DNA of 64,000 nt from Camelus dromedarius (taxonomy: Eukaryota), in the NCBI RefSeq assembly GCF_036321535.1, contig NC_087440.1, positions 29,512,001-29,576,000 on the forward strand. The letters are read 5' to 3'. The notes beneath the pieces are model-generated. The model was not told the origin of the DNA. It saw only the letters and a list, made by a program, of their open reading frames with translations, and did no database searches. A program made the translations under genes and the position numbers. This document shows positions 24,385 through 35,196 of the stretch, one piece after another (within the stretch, counting starts at the first letter, position 1; each line of letters opens with the position of its first letter).

Positions 24385-25824
24385 GCTAATTTACACTGCA
24401 TAATCAAATTAGCTTGCAAATTATGCCATTTCCAATATGTTTTTTTGTTAGGTTGATAAAGATACCCTGGTGTTTTATTCTTTGCATACTGTACTTTTTC
24501 ACTTTCTTTGTAGAAAATAATTTTCTATTGTGTTGTGTAGTGTCATTTAATGAATGAATACTCTTGAAAATAAGTTTATCTTTGAATCCTTAAGTGCAGG
24601 GAAAAAATGAGGTTGTGTTATCTTGAGAACTTTAATTCATATTTCTGGGCCTAATTTTCTTATTCATAATTTGAGAATAATAATAAGTGCATTTAAAATA
24701 ATATGTATAACATAATGGCTTAGAGTAGCCATTCAAGGATGATAAATACATTATTGTTTTTCTGCTGTTTTTTTGTATTTTGTTCCCACAGTAAGAGAAA
24801 TAAAAACTGCATCTGTGCCATGTTTTTATTTTAGGAATTTCATTGTTGATTCTTACAAGTGAATTTTAATTCACTTAATTTATAATTTTAAATTATAAAT
24901 TAAAGAAAGTAAATTTTATTTATAATTTGAATTTTCAGGAGTTTGTTTTTAACGATAAAGGTTATACTTGGATAAACCATGACTGATAAATATTATGGGT
25001 ATTTGAATGGAAAGATTGGCCTCTATATATACATTAAAATGTATTTGTTGAATGTTGATTATATATTAACCACTACTAAGTTTCAGTAATTAACTAGGTA
25101 AGGCATAGCCCCTTAAGGAGCTTGTATTTCAAGACTTTTACACAAATGATTAATAATAATCATTTAAAATATAAATATTACTCCTTGAGATTGAGATAAA
25201 CAAAAGAAATATCATTAGGTTTTACTTTTTTTTACACTTTTATTTAAGAGTTAATGGAAACCAAACACAGAATAACCTCTGATGTTATTCTGACCTCCAC
25301 TATTATTCCTATGTAGTGTACACTGTTATTTCATTCTCTCTTTATTTCTCCCCTACAGCTTTTCATTATTATTTTGATAGAGAGTTAAATAATAATTCGG
25401 TTTTCTCTTGAAAAGAGGTTAAGTGAAAGATTTGACAGAAGGAGTCAGTGTCACAGAAATGCTCTCAAATTGGAGTTAGGAGAAAATTCAAGAGAAGTTT
25501 ATTAAGATGCTACCCATCAGGATGGATGTATGACTTGGTAGAATGAATTCAGCTTCTCATTTAACATAGTTAAAGGCACAGGAAGACTGATTAGATAATC
25601 CCCACACAAAGAAGGATTATAAGTATTTGAATTTTATGGAAATATTTCATGGTGCTCTACTGGTTGATTAATAAATGTTGAAATTCCTTAAATTTTATTA
25701 ACTCTATTCCTGTACTTGGAGACAGGCGTAACATGTAGATATAAACTGAGTGCCTAGAATTCTCAACCTCTTTTATAGGTCAGTATATTGTCAACTGAAG
25801 TGCTTACAGTGAGGTTTCTGGGCA

Positions 25825-26763
25825 TTAAATATTTCCCTTGGAATGCACGTAGTAGTTTCTGAATCTCTTTACAGCATTTTTAATCTCTTTATTTCTCAGG
25901 GTATAAATGGCTGGATTCAGGAGAGGTGTAATAACAGAGTAAAACACAGCAAGAAATTTATCCACCCAGGTGATGCTGAGTGGCCACACGTAGATGAAGA
26001 TGCAGGGCCCAAAGAAGAGCACCACCACTGTGATATGGGCAGTGCAGGTAGAGAGGGCCCTGGAAGCACCAGTTTTAGAGCTTTGGCGAACAGCGAGAAG
26101 AATATATGTGTAGGATATCAGCAATACTATAAAGCAGGTCATGGCCAGTACCCCACTGTCAGCATTCATCAATATTCCCAAGTTATAGGAATCTATGCAG
26201 GCAAGCTTGATTACCAGTGGTATATCACAGAAGAAGCTGTCAATTTCCCTGGGGCCACAGAAGGGCAGTCGCATAATCACAACCATTTGACTCATGGCAT
26301 GCACAAAGCCAATGGTCCAGGAAGTCGCCACGAGCCCAAAGCTTTTTTGCAGATTCATGATGGTCAAATAGTGGAGTGGCTTGCAGATGGCCACGTAGCG
26401 GTCATAGGCCATTACCACCAATAGCACCATCTCACCTCCTCCAAATAAATGCACAAAGAGGATCTGGCACATGCAGCCTCCAAAGGAAATAATCTTGTTC
26501 TCCGTGACAAAGTCTGTAATCATCTTAGGGGTGGTGACTGAAGAAAGCCACATGTCAACAAAGGACAGATTAGCCAACAAGAAGTACATGGGGGAATGCA
26601 GATGAGTGTCAATGATGATTAAGACCATGATGGCAATATTTCCACATACAATGAGCAGGTAAAGCGTAAAAAATATCAATAAGAGTAACACCTGCATATC
26701 CCATGACCAGCAAAGTCCCAGAAGCACAAATTCTGACACTACAGACAGATTTCCTTCAACCAT
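25825..26763 (-). CDS. Olfactory receptor family 4 (OR4K/OR4F/OR4L-related), intact, 312 aa
   Basis: LHSPMYFLLANLS, MAYDRYVAICKPLHY, RALSTCTAH, PLLNPAIYTLRN; NLS glycosylation site; minus-strand acceptor ctgtccttctctctag 26 nt upstream of the ATG. Confidence 0.93.
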   Translation of the reverse strand: MVEGNLSVVSEFVLLGLCWSWDMQVLLLLIFFTLYLLIVCGNIAIMVLIIIDTHLHSPMYFLLANLSFVDMWLSSVTTPKMITDFVTENKIISFGGCMCQILFVHLFGGGEMVLLVVMAYDRYVAICKPLHYLTIMNLQKSFGLVATSWTIGFVHAMSQMVVIMRLPFCGPREIDSFFCDIPLVIKLACIDSYNLGILMNADSGVLAMTCFIVLLISYTYILLAVRQSSKTGASRALSTCTAHITVVVLFFGPCIFIYVWPLSITWVDKFLAVFYSVITPLLNPAIYTLRNKEIKNAVKRFRNYYVHSKGNI

Positions 26764-26784
26764 TTTATTCAGCGTGTCCTCTAA

Positions 26785-26806
26785 AATACCTAGAGAGAAG
26801 GACAGA
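26785..26806 (-). promoter_or_regulatory. Splice acceptor of the second OR4 coding exon
   Basis: Pyrimidine tract plus AG at 26791-26790 on the minus strand. Confidence 0.65.
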
Positions 26807-27411
26807 CTGTCAGTGAGTGGGATGAGAAAGGGTACCTTGTTTTTAGAATTCAGTTGAAATTCTATCGAATTGAAATTTAAATTTCATTAAAGTTAGCATC
26901 TTTACCTGTAAGTGAAAAGTATAACTGGGAAGACAAATCTTGGCAAAATAATCATGGCATTATGCCCAAAAGAGAAGTAAAATGCCTAAAACTGGCTTTC
27001 GAAGATAGGATTCTTATGCGTGATTAATTGAGAGGGTGCTCTCACAAGGAGGAAGTGAGAAAGGCGAACAGCAAAATGCAAGGCTGAGAAAAGATTGTGG
27101 TGTCACCTAGAAATTAGCTTCAGTCCACTACTCCAGTGAAGAGAATCTGGGTAGGGCACCAGCAATTGCTGTTATAACTTAATAACTAAAATTTAAGTCA
27201 TCTACTTAGGAAAATGATGGTAAACAGATACTGAAATCCAGAACAAAGGACATGGCACAAAATTACATTTTCTCTCTATTAAGCATATGATTCCTTCAAG
27301 CTTCAGGTGAACCTCTTCTATAAGACATCATAAAATTAAATGTTTACTTTATTACTCTAAAATATATGTTGGAGCAACCTTTCTGAAGGAAGCTATATAG
27401 TAGGTCATATG

Positions 27412-27582
27412 GTGGGGGAGGATATAGCTCAAGTTGTAGATTGCATGCTTAGCATGCATGAGGCCCTGGATTCAGTCTCCAGTACTTCCTTTGAAAATAA
27501 ATAAATCTAATTACCTCCCCCTAGCCAAAATAAAATAGTTAAATAATACAATAATAAACAAATCTTTTAAAAAAATTTTAAA
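27412..27582 (+). mobile_element. Camelid-type tRNA-derived SINE
   Basis: tRNA-like head (tagctcaagttgtag..ggattcagtctcc), A-rich tail, TSD-like agtaggtcatatg (27399-27411) / agaaggtcatgtg (27583-27595). Confidence 0.8.
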
Positions 27583-28124
27583 AGAAGGTCATGTGATAAA
27601 AACCATGGCATGATAATTCAAATGCAGTATCAGGCACATAATTTATCATTGGTTAGGATTACAATTAAATGGAATTCACTTAGTAAACTAAATCCATTAC
27701 CCACCCACCCCAAAAAAAAGTCAGTGGAGAATTATGTGAAAGAGGGACTAACCAAAGGGGAAGGTCACTCAGACTCAGGTTCTGACTTGATCAACTCGAA
27801 TGGAAGCTCCTTATAACTCAAGCTTATCAACAGAAAATATTTACCTTCAATTATATCAATGGGTGTTTTGAAATACTGCCAAAAATTTAAAATATATCTT
27901 TTCTAAAATGAGAATAAGCTACAGATGTGTAAGCAAAGTATGTCTTTGACTGTTAGTACTGACTGAACATGAAGTTAAAACTTCAGAGATCACCAGCTAT
28001 TCAAGTCTAAATATAAAAACATATTGCCTATGTTTATCCTTAAGTAAATTGAGAATTCCTCTTAAGCTGGATGGTAGAAAGATAATTGCATCTCTCTCTT
28101 CCCCCTTTATTTATTTCCCTTGGT

Positions 28125-28318
28125 TTTGTTTTACTTTGGGGGTGTTGCAGCTTCTTTTATCCTTTGAAATGTCAAGGATGGTGCCAAGGAGAGCTGGTGA
28201 ACAAGGAAAACTGTTGCCTCTTCAGTAGTTTCCCACCCGTTATACTGAGAACTCAGAATCATAGAGAAAGGATGTAAAGAAAGAAGAATTTCTTAAAGAA
28301 ACTAGGTAAATCACTCAT
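28125..28318 (-). repeat. Right arm of the inverted repeat pair
   Basis: For example atcctttgaaatgtcaaggatggtgccaaggagagc is the exact reverse complement of the left-arm tract gctctccttggcaccatccttgacatttcaaaggat. Confidence 0.9.
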
Positions 28319-28749
28319 TTGTGGTAAAAAGGGGAACATTTAGTAATATTCTCACAACGTACAAACATATTGCCATAATGGAAATTTGTTTAATTTCTAA
28401 AGAAAATATTTTGATATTGCACCCGATAGATTTATGTCCCCTGAGAAACTTGAATAGTGTGATCTTTATCTTGAAACTTAACTTTGTCAAGATAAATCTT
28501 TCCAGGATTAGTTTTTAGTAATTAGTTTTGCACCTGCTGAAATAAGGAACATAGACGACAGCTAATAAAAGCAGAATTTCAACTGTGTTTGAGACAAGAA
28601 TTTGCTAAAAGATGTATGTGTACATTGCTGGAGAACAGTGTACCAATAATAGCAACTCATATTTTTGCATCAGTTTTGAAATTGTTAATATTCATGATAC
28701 TGGTAGACTAATTACTCTATTAATATTAACCCAGTATTTAGGATAAATA

Positions 28750-28950
28750 GTAGAATAACCATGGACTTAGTCAGATCTAGTCTGAACTCTAACTGGATTA
28801 CTGTTGACCCTGTGACCTTGAGCTTAATTTATTTGTTTCCATTTCCTCGTCTGTAGAAAGAGAACACTCAATCTAATAGACTTGCTAAGTCAGAAAATAC
28901 ACAGAAAGCATTCAAAAGTTTTCTGGTACTCAGTGCCTGTTTAATAAATA
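28750..28950 (+). mobile_element. MIR
   Basis: ctgtgaccttgagc..tttcctcgtctgtagaa. Confidence 0.55.
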
Positions 28951-30072
28951 TATTTATTTCCCTTCTTAATTCATTAAAATGCAGTTTAAAGTCCGAAGCT
29001 TACTGGCAACAATCTCAGTGAGCAGCCAGCCACCTTCTGTAAGCAAGAGACATGCAGCCCCTTTCTTTAAAACACCGACTGCTTATATTTCTCTAAAGTG
29101 ATAAGCAGATGCTTAGCAACTCTGTAGGATGTAGGTGCAAGGGCGATAGCAGACTTGCTTCTTGCTTCCCATGAGCTTAACAACTTTTTCACCTTTCACG
29201 TCTGCTTTTGTCTAGGAGGGGTTTAATATTTTAAGAAGACCTACAAGAGCAGTAGCACATTCTTTTAAAGCACCTTTGAAATTCTGTAACTCAGGGTGAA
29301 TTTTCACCCAAAAAACATCAGTGATAACTTTAGGATTAGTAACACTGAAAAATTAGGAGTTACTCTTTTTGAACTATTTAAAATATAGCCACATATATTT
29401 CATCCCTATCTAGATGTGATGTCCTTCCATTAACTTTTTTGATAAGAATAGTACTAAAACTGTGAGATTCTCAACATGTATAATTTTACAAAGAGAAACT
29501 TGGACTTGGAGAATGTAATAGATGGCCTGAGATACACGCTGGGTGAGGTACACAGAGAGATAGTTCACCTTCCTTCCACTACCTAAAGCTGCCTTCCTTT
29601 TTTCTCAGGTTATGAGTTTTAATCCTATTAAATCCTATTAATCCGATAGTAACTGAGTTTTATATCACTTCTCATTGGATATGTAACTTTTTAAACTTTT
29701 ATCTCTATGCTAAAAGTTATCTTAGTATGCAGTACTCTCTCTGATATAAAATACTTTATCTTCTTAAGTGGCAAGGATCATTTAGCCAAGATAGCTGGAG
29801 GTTGCTAATAACCAGAGCTGTGACATCCCAAGGCAGACCTGGGAGCATCTCTGAGGCACAGCATCATGGTGGTGTGTACACGGTTGTTAAAGAGACCATA
29901 GAAATTCTAATAGGAATAGAATGGGAGGAGAAAATCCATAAATTATCTCTTTAAAGGTCAGAAGCTAAACAAGCCACACATAAATCCAAGCATAGAGGCC
30001 ATGCGTGAAACAGATATACAAATATTTTTTAAATTATTGTTTTTTAAAAAGAGTCACAAAGAATATGAACTA

Positions 30073-30310
30073 ACTTACTAGACACAAATTTTCTCTAGGA
30101 CCAGGTTACTTTTCACTCTTCTCTTCTGATAGATGCTTGAGATAACACCCACTGCTGAGCAGAGGCAGTATCTACGGAAGAAGTCTCCCTCAGCCTGACA
30201 TACATTCACCACCGGAAGGAATCCCTTGGGTGAAATTTTCCTATTCTCTGTTTTGGACAGAACAAGAATCATGAAAATAATTCACATTGGACATCTCTTG
30301 GGGACTTCTT
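30073..30310 (-). promoter_or_regulatory. Candidate first exon/promoter of the second OR4 gene
   Basis: Minus-strand donor CTA|GTAAGT at 30078; O/E-like TCCCTTGGGT at 30222-30231 and a weaker site near 30293-30304. Confidence 0.35.
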
Positions 30311-30769
30311 TACTAAGAGTGATAACTTTTGTATATTCTGGAAATCAGAACAGGGAGACAAGAAAAATCACATGTAAAGCAACTAAGCATTAAACATCAG
30401 TGGAGTTTTTAATTATTTTTCATTTAACCTGTAAGTACTAAGGAGACGTCTTCTGCAGTTAATCTCCAACTAGATCAAAATAATCAGATTCAGTTAACGT
30501 TTAGTTCCAACTGCAAGAAAAATCATATTCTGACCAATGTGATGTATGACCACCAATAGAAAACCCTGCCACGGATGGCATGCTCTACTGCACGCCTAAT
30601 GTTCTATAAATAGACAGGTGATCTTGGTCAGTTGGCTAATTTGTTTCAGTATTATCTATGATTACTTAAGATCCTGCTAGTTATGCACTGGCTGTCAAAT
30701 TTACTAAGATACCAGATTTTTTAAAAAGAACATTGATAATAGAGTAAAATACATTTATTTTGATCTTTT

Positions 30770-31945
30770 AGATTTTTTAAATAACTTTATTGTAGTGTGA
30801 TTAACATATGACAAACTGCATATATTTTAAGTGTACAATTTGATGAATTTTCATATATGTATTCGACCATGAAAACATCACAGTCAAGACAGTGAACACA
30901 TCCATCAGCCTCTAAAAGCTGTTTTATGTTTCTTGATAATCATTCCCCTTTCCCATCCCTCCTTACAGCCTCCCTGCCCAGATGACTGCTAATCTGCTTT
31001 CTATTACATTACTTTGAATTTTCTAGAGTTTTATAAAAGTTGAGTCATGTAGTGTGTACTTTTCATTGTCTGACTTCTTTCACTCAACATACTGATTTTG
31101 ATATTTATCATGTTTTTGTACGTACCAGTAGTGCATTCCTTCTTATTGCTGAGTAGTATTCCATTGTATGTATATGCCACAATTTGTTAAGCAATTCATC
31201 TGCTGAGGGACTTTTCAGTTGTTTCCAGTTTTTGGCTCTTATAAATAAAATTGCTTTGAACATTTATGTATTTATATCTACGTATGACTTGAATCCTTTA
31301 AATTTTATTGACACTTACATCGTGGCCCAGAATATGGCCTTACTTAGTAAATGATCAGTGTGCACTTCAAAAGAATGCGTATTCTGATGTTTTTGGACGA
31401 AGTGATCTATAAAGATGAATTATGTCTGATTGGTTCATAGTGTGTTTCAGGTCTTCTACATCTCTGATGAGTTTTTGTCTGCCCGTGCATTCCCATCAGC
31501 AGTGAATGAGAGTTCGTATTGCTCTATGTCCTTGTCAGCATTTGATGTTGTCAGTGTTTTGCATTTAGTTACTGTAATAGGTGTGAAGTGATAGATGGTT
31601 GTTTTAATTGTAATTTCCTAATGATACATGATGTTGAGCATCTTTTCCTATGTTTTTTGCCGTCTATAGATATTCTTTAGTGAGATTTTTGTTTCAGGTT
31701 TTTGCCCATTTTTTAATTAGGTTGCTCGCTTTCTTACTGTTGAGTTTTAAGGGCTTCTTGTGTGTTTTAGATAGCAATCCTTTATCAGCTATGTCTTTTG
31801 AAAATATTTTCTCCTAGGGTGTCTTGTATGCTCATTCTCTCGCGTCTTTCACAGAACGGAAGCTTTTAGCTTTCACAAAGTCCACTTTTCAATGATTTCT
31901 TTCATAGAATATGCCTTTGGTGTTGTATTTCAAAAGTTATTGCTG
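30770..31945 (-). mobile_element. Fragmented old L1 (L1MA/L1MB-like)
   Basis: 3'UTR (aactttattg..gtgtacaatttgatgaatttt) followed by ORF2-region pieces. Confidence 0.7.
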
Positions 31946-32330
31946 AGGAGGGTTCAAGATGGTGGCTTACGAAGATCCTAAACTCACCTTATCACATGAA
32001 CACAATAAATCTACAATACTTAATGGAATAATTCCCTCAAAAAGGGACCTGGAAACTAGATGAAGAGCCTCCACAACAAAAGGTAAAAGGAGAGTATGGA
32101 GACAGGTAGTCGAGTCAAACCTTACCAAGGGGAAAAACATACCCCAGCTGTGGAGTCCACAATTGGAGGGGATTACAGAGGTATGGGTCTTTCCCCTGTG
32201 GAGTGAGTGACTCAAGCTCCACATCAGATCCTGACCTGGAGAGAAAAGCCCCTGAAACACCTGGCTTTGAAATCCAGTGAGGAATACGCCCAGGAAAACT
32301 ATAGAACTGAAGAGAATGGAAAACTCACTC
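31946..32330 (+). mobile_element. Isolated L1 5'UTR fragment
   Basis: Begins gaggagggttcaagatggtgg, the CpG-decayed form of the L1 5' start. Confidence 0.6.
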
Positions 32331-32655
32331 TTTTTTATTTTTATTTTTTAATTTTAATTCTTGATATTCACTTTACTTTTTATTGAATGAAAGATTATTT
32401 AAATTCTATATTGCTTTACGATTTTCAGAGTTTCACACACACGATTTCATATAATCCCATACTAACCGCTTTGTTTAATCCCCTGCTTCTACATTGCCCC
32501 ACCCCCTTCCCTCTCCCCACTGGTAACCACTAGTTTGTTCTCTGTATCTGTGATTCTATTTCTGTTTTGTAATATTCACTAGTTTGGTGTGATTTTTAGA
32601 ATCCACATACCAGTAATATCATACAGTATTTGCCTTTCTCTGTCTGACTTATTTC
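32331..32655 (-). mobile_element. L1 3' end
   Basis: T-rich tail, ccctctccccactggtaaccactagtttgttctctgtatctgtga. Confidence 0.75.
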
Positions 32656-33084
32656 TGAAGTATTTCAGTCAATTAACTTAAATATTGATATTTCTTGCCC
32701 TTTTCTTTCATATCTAAAGAATTCTACCATGCTGTCCTTCCAAAAGTTATTTCTAAATTCTCCGCATTTTTATCATCAATGCCTTACACTCTACTATACC
32801 TCAATATTTGCCTCATTGGGTTCTCAGCACATCACCTCTGTATCCTCCAACAGATGCATGATATTTGAAATGTTCCTAAAGTTGAAATCAAAACTTTTGG
32901 TGACACGTTGTATCTTATTGCTCTTCAAACTTTGTCTTCTAGAAGATTTTTGGAGTCCCTGTTTCCGATGGGCAAGTGACTTACACAGAATGGTGCCTCA
33001 AAGAAGTTGTTACTGCTCTTTACTGATTCCTCAGAGAATGTGCAATAGTTTAACTCTTTAAAGAATCACTGGCTTGGGCAAGAA

Positions 33085-34236
33085 CTTTCCTAATGCTACG
33101 GAGACCAAGTCCCAGGAGAACCTGTGATAAAGAAAGTGCAATCGCAATTTTTGTGTACAAAAATCTCTCTATCCAGCTGGAGTTGGAAGGCGATGATTCA
33201 TCAAACAGGCCCTTAGAGATTTGGTCAATATCAAAACCATGATAGCTTCATCTTTTGAGCCTGGCAGCGATTTCTCAGAGCACTGGTGTGAAGAATAGAT
33301 GGGAAAAAATTCCTTTTGAAAATTTTGTGTTTGTGCCTAAAATATAAACCCTCACAACTTTTAGGACTCACATTCCTGCAAAATTTCAAAGAAGGCAGAT
33401 CCCTGACATCTTTTTCATGAGAATGTAGGATGAAGGAAGTTTACTTATGACAAAAGAAAGCATCTGACTTCTTTCATCTAGTGGAAGATTTTTATTTTAA
33501 ACAAGCATATAAGGAAAATGAATCCCAAAATTTTGTGGAAAAAAATTCTTCAAAAAATAAACTCCCATATTTGGCTTTTATTTTGCAAACTTCTGTTTAA
33601 GTGAAAGATTAAGTGCAATCTTAAAGCCCCTGTACTCTACAGAAGACACTGCAACATCACAATATTAAAAGTCAGTGTTGGTAAGTAACCTTATAGCATA
33701 ACATTTTTAAGATGCCTAAGCTAACAACAACAGGAATGCAGAGATACTGGCTTTAAAATGATTATTATCAACTTACTACGAAATATGTTCATTTCTTTTT
33801 CATATTTGAATAATATACTAAGTAACATATTTAACTGAGATGTAAATAGAAAAATAACTTTCTGTACTGAGTCTATTGCACCGTAATATGGGTTTAGGGT
33901 AAGAAACTAGTATGTTTATTAAGCATTAATTTCGTGCTATATGCTATGCAGAAACTGTCATAGATCATCCCTGCCACCCCACAAAAAATAAGCTTACAAA
34001 ACGCATTTAACATTCTATCCTAGTAAAGGAGAGATTTAGAAGCAGGCAAACATTTATTTCTGTGCAGCCAGTTGCCTACTGTGCCCAAAACTCAGAGTAT
34101 ATAGCCAAGAACAAGTAGACTATGTTCTCTTCCTAAGTGATGATTCTTTTGAAAAATGAGTATTCTCTTCATTCCTAAACAGGAACATGTTTGAAACTAG
34201 TCCTAACTGATAAACACATGTCTCTTGACCTTGCAG
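33085..34236 (+). promoter_or_regulatory. Candidate promoter, 5'UTR donor and acceptor for the OR11H12-like gene
   Basis: O/E-like TCCCAGGAGA 33110-33119, donor TG|GTAAGT at 33681, acceptor cttgcag ending at 34236. Confidence 0.35.
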
Positions 34237-34248
34237 GTTACTGAACCA

Positions 34249-35196
34249 ATGAATACCTCTGAGCCAGATTCCAGCTTCCCTTTTGTAAGAGAATTTATAC
34301 TCCTAGATTTTTCTTGTGAGTGGAAAATTCAGATCCTCCTCTTCTCACTCTTCCTTACAACATATGCTCTGACCATAACAGGGAATGGGTCTATTGTTTG
34401 TGCATTATGGTGTGACCAGCGACTCCACATCCCCATGTACATATTCCTGGGTAATTTCTCCTTTCTAGAGATCTGGTATGTCTCTTCTACAGTCCCCAAG
34501 ATGTTGGTCAACTTCCTCTCAGATAAAAAGACCATCTCCTTTGTTGGATGTTTCTTCCAATTTTATTTCTTTTTTTCTTTGGGAACAACTGAATGCTTAC
34601 TTTTGGCCACCATGGCCTTTGATCGGTACCTTGCTATCTGCCACCCCTTGCACTACCCTAATATCATGACTGGGCATCTCTGTACCANNNNNNNNNNNNN
34701 NNNNNNNNNNNNNNNNNNNNNNNNNNNNNNNNNNNNNNNNNNNNNNNNNNNNNNNNNNNNNNNNNNNNNNNNNNNNNNNNNNNNNNNNNNNNNNNNNNNN
34801 NNNNNNNNNNNNNNNNNNNNNNNNNNNGTCTCTGCTCCAAAAACCCAACTGCTTTGCTACACTCTAAGCTCATTAGTTATCTTTGGTAACTTCCTCTTCA
34901 TCCTTGGGTCCTATACTCTTGTCCTGTTAGCAGTGTTGCGAATGCCTTCAGCCAATGGGAGACGGAAGGCCTTCTCTACCTGTGGGTCCCATTTGGCTGT
35001 GGTATCCCTCTTCTATGGCTCTCTGATGGTGATGTATGTGAGCCCAGGACTTGGACATTCTGCTGGGATGCAGAAAGTTGCAACTTTGTTCTATGCTATG
35101 GTGACCCCACTCTTCAACCCCCTCATCTATAGCCTACGGAATAAGGAGATAAAGGCAGCCTTGAGGAAAGTTCTGGGGAGTTTCAACACAATCTAA
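34249..35196 (+). CDS. OR11H12: Olfactory receptor OR11H12/OR11H1/OR11H2-like, 315 aa from ATG 34249, with 140 Ns internally
   Basis: Matches recalled human OR11H12 over long tracts (TTYALTITGNG, EIWYVSSTVPKMLVNFLS, CYTLSSLVIFGNFLF, YVSPGLGHS, KEIKAALRKVLGS). The ORF-track start 34225 is a TTG inside the acceptor; frame is preserved across the N-run. Intactness inside the Ns cannot be seen. Confidence 0.85.
   Translation: MNTSEPDSSFPFVREFILLDFSCEWKIQILLFSLFLTTYALTITGNGSIVCALWCDQRLHIPMYIFLGNFSFLEIWYVSSTVPKMLVNFLSDKKTISFVGCFFQFYFFFSLGTTECLLLATMAFDRYLAICHPLHYPNIMTGHLCTXXXXXXXXXXXXXXXXXXXXXXXXXXXXXXXXXXXXXXXXXXXXXXXVSAPKTQLLCYTLSSLVIFGNFLFILGSYTLVLLAVLRMPSANGRRKAFSTCGSHLAVVSLFYGSLMVMYVSPGLGHSAGMQKVATLFYAMVTPLFNPLIYSLRNKEIKAALRKVLGSFNTI
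34688..34827. other. N-run, 140 nt, inside the OR11H12-like CDS
   Basis: Counted from the sequence. Confidence 0.95.

Noticed and set aside
25843-26424. 193-aa plus-strand ORF
   Set aside because: Antisense shadow of the second OR4 gene, same explanation.
27412-27490. tRNA gene
   Set aside because: The tRNA-like head is followed by SINE body, A-rich tail and TSD, so it is a SINE.
24057-28080. Exact direct 12-mer ggatggtagaaa at 24057-24068 and 28069-28080, near both arms
   Set aside because: Many exact 12-mer pairs are expected by chance in 64 kb and the match does not extend; noted only as a possible breakpoint trace.
24185-28318. The inverted-repeat cassette as a DNA transposon carrying an OR gene
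   Set aside because: No target-site duplication outside the arms, no transposase remnant, and no recognisable hAT or Tc1/mariner terminal motif.
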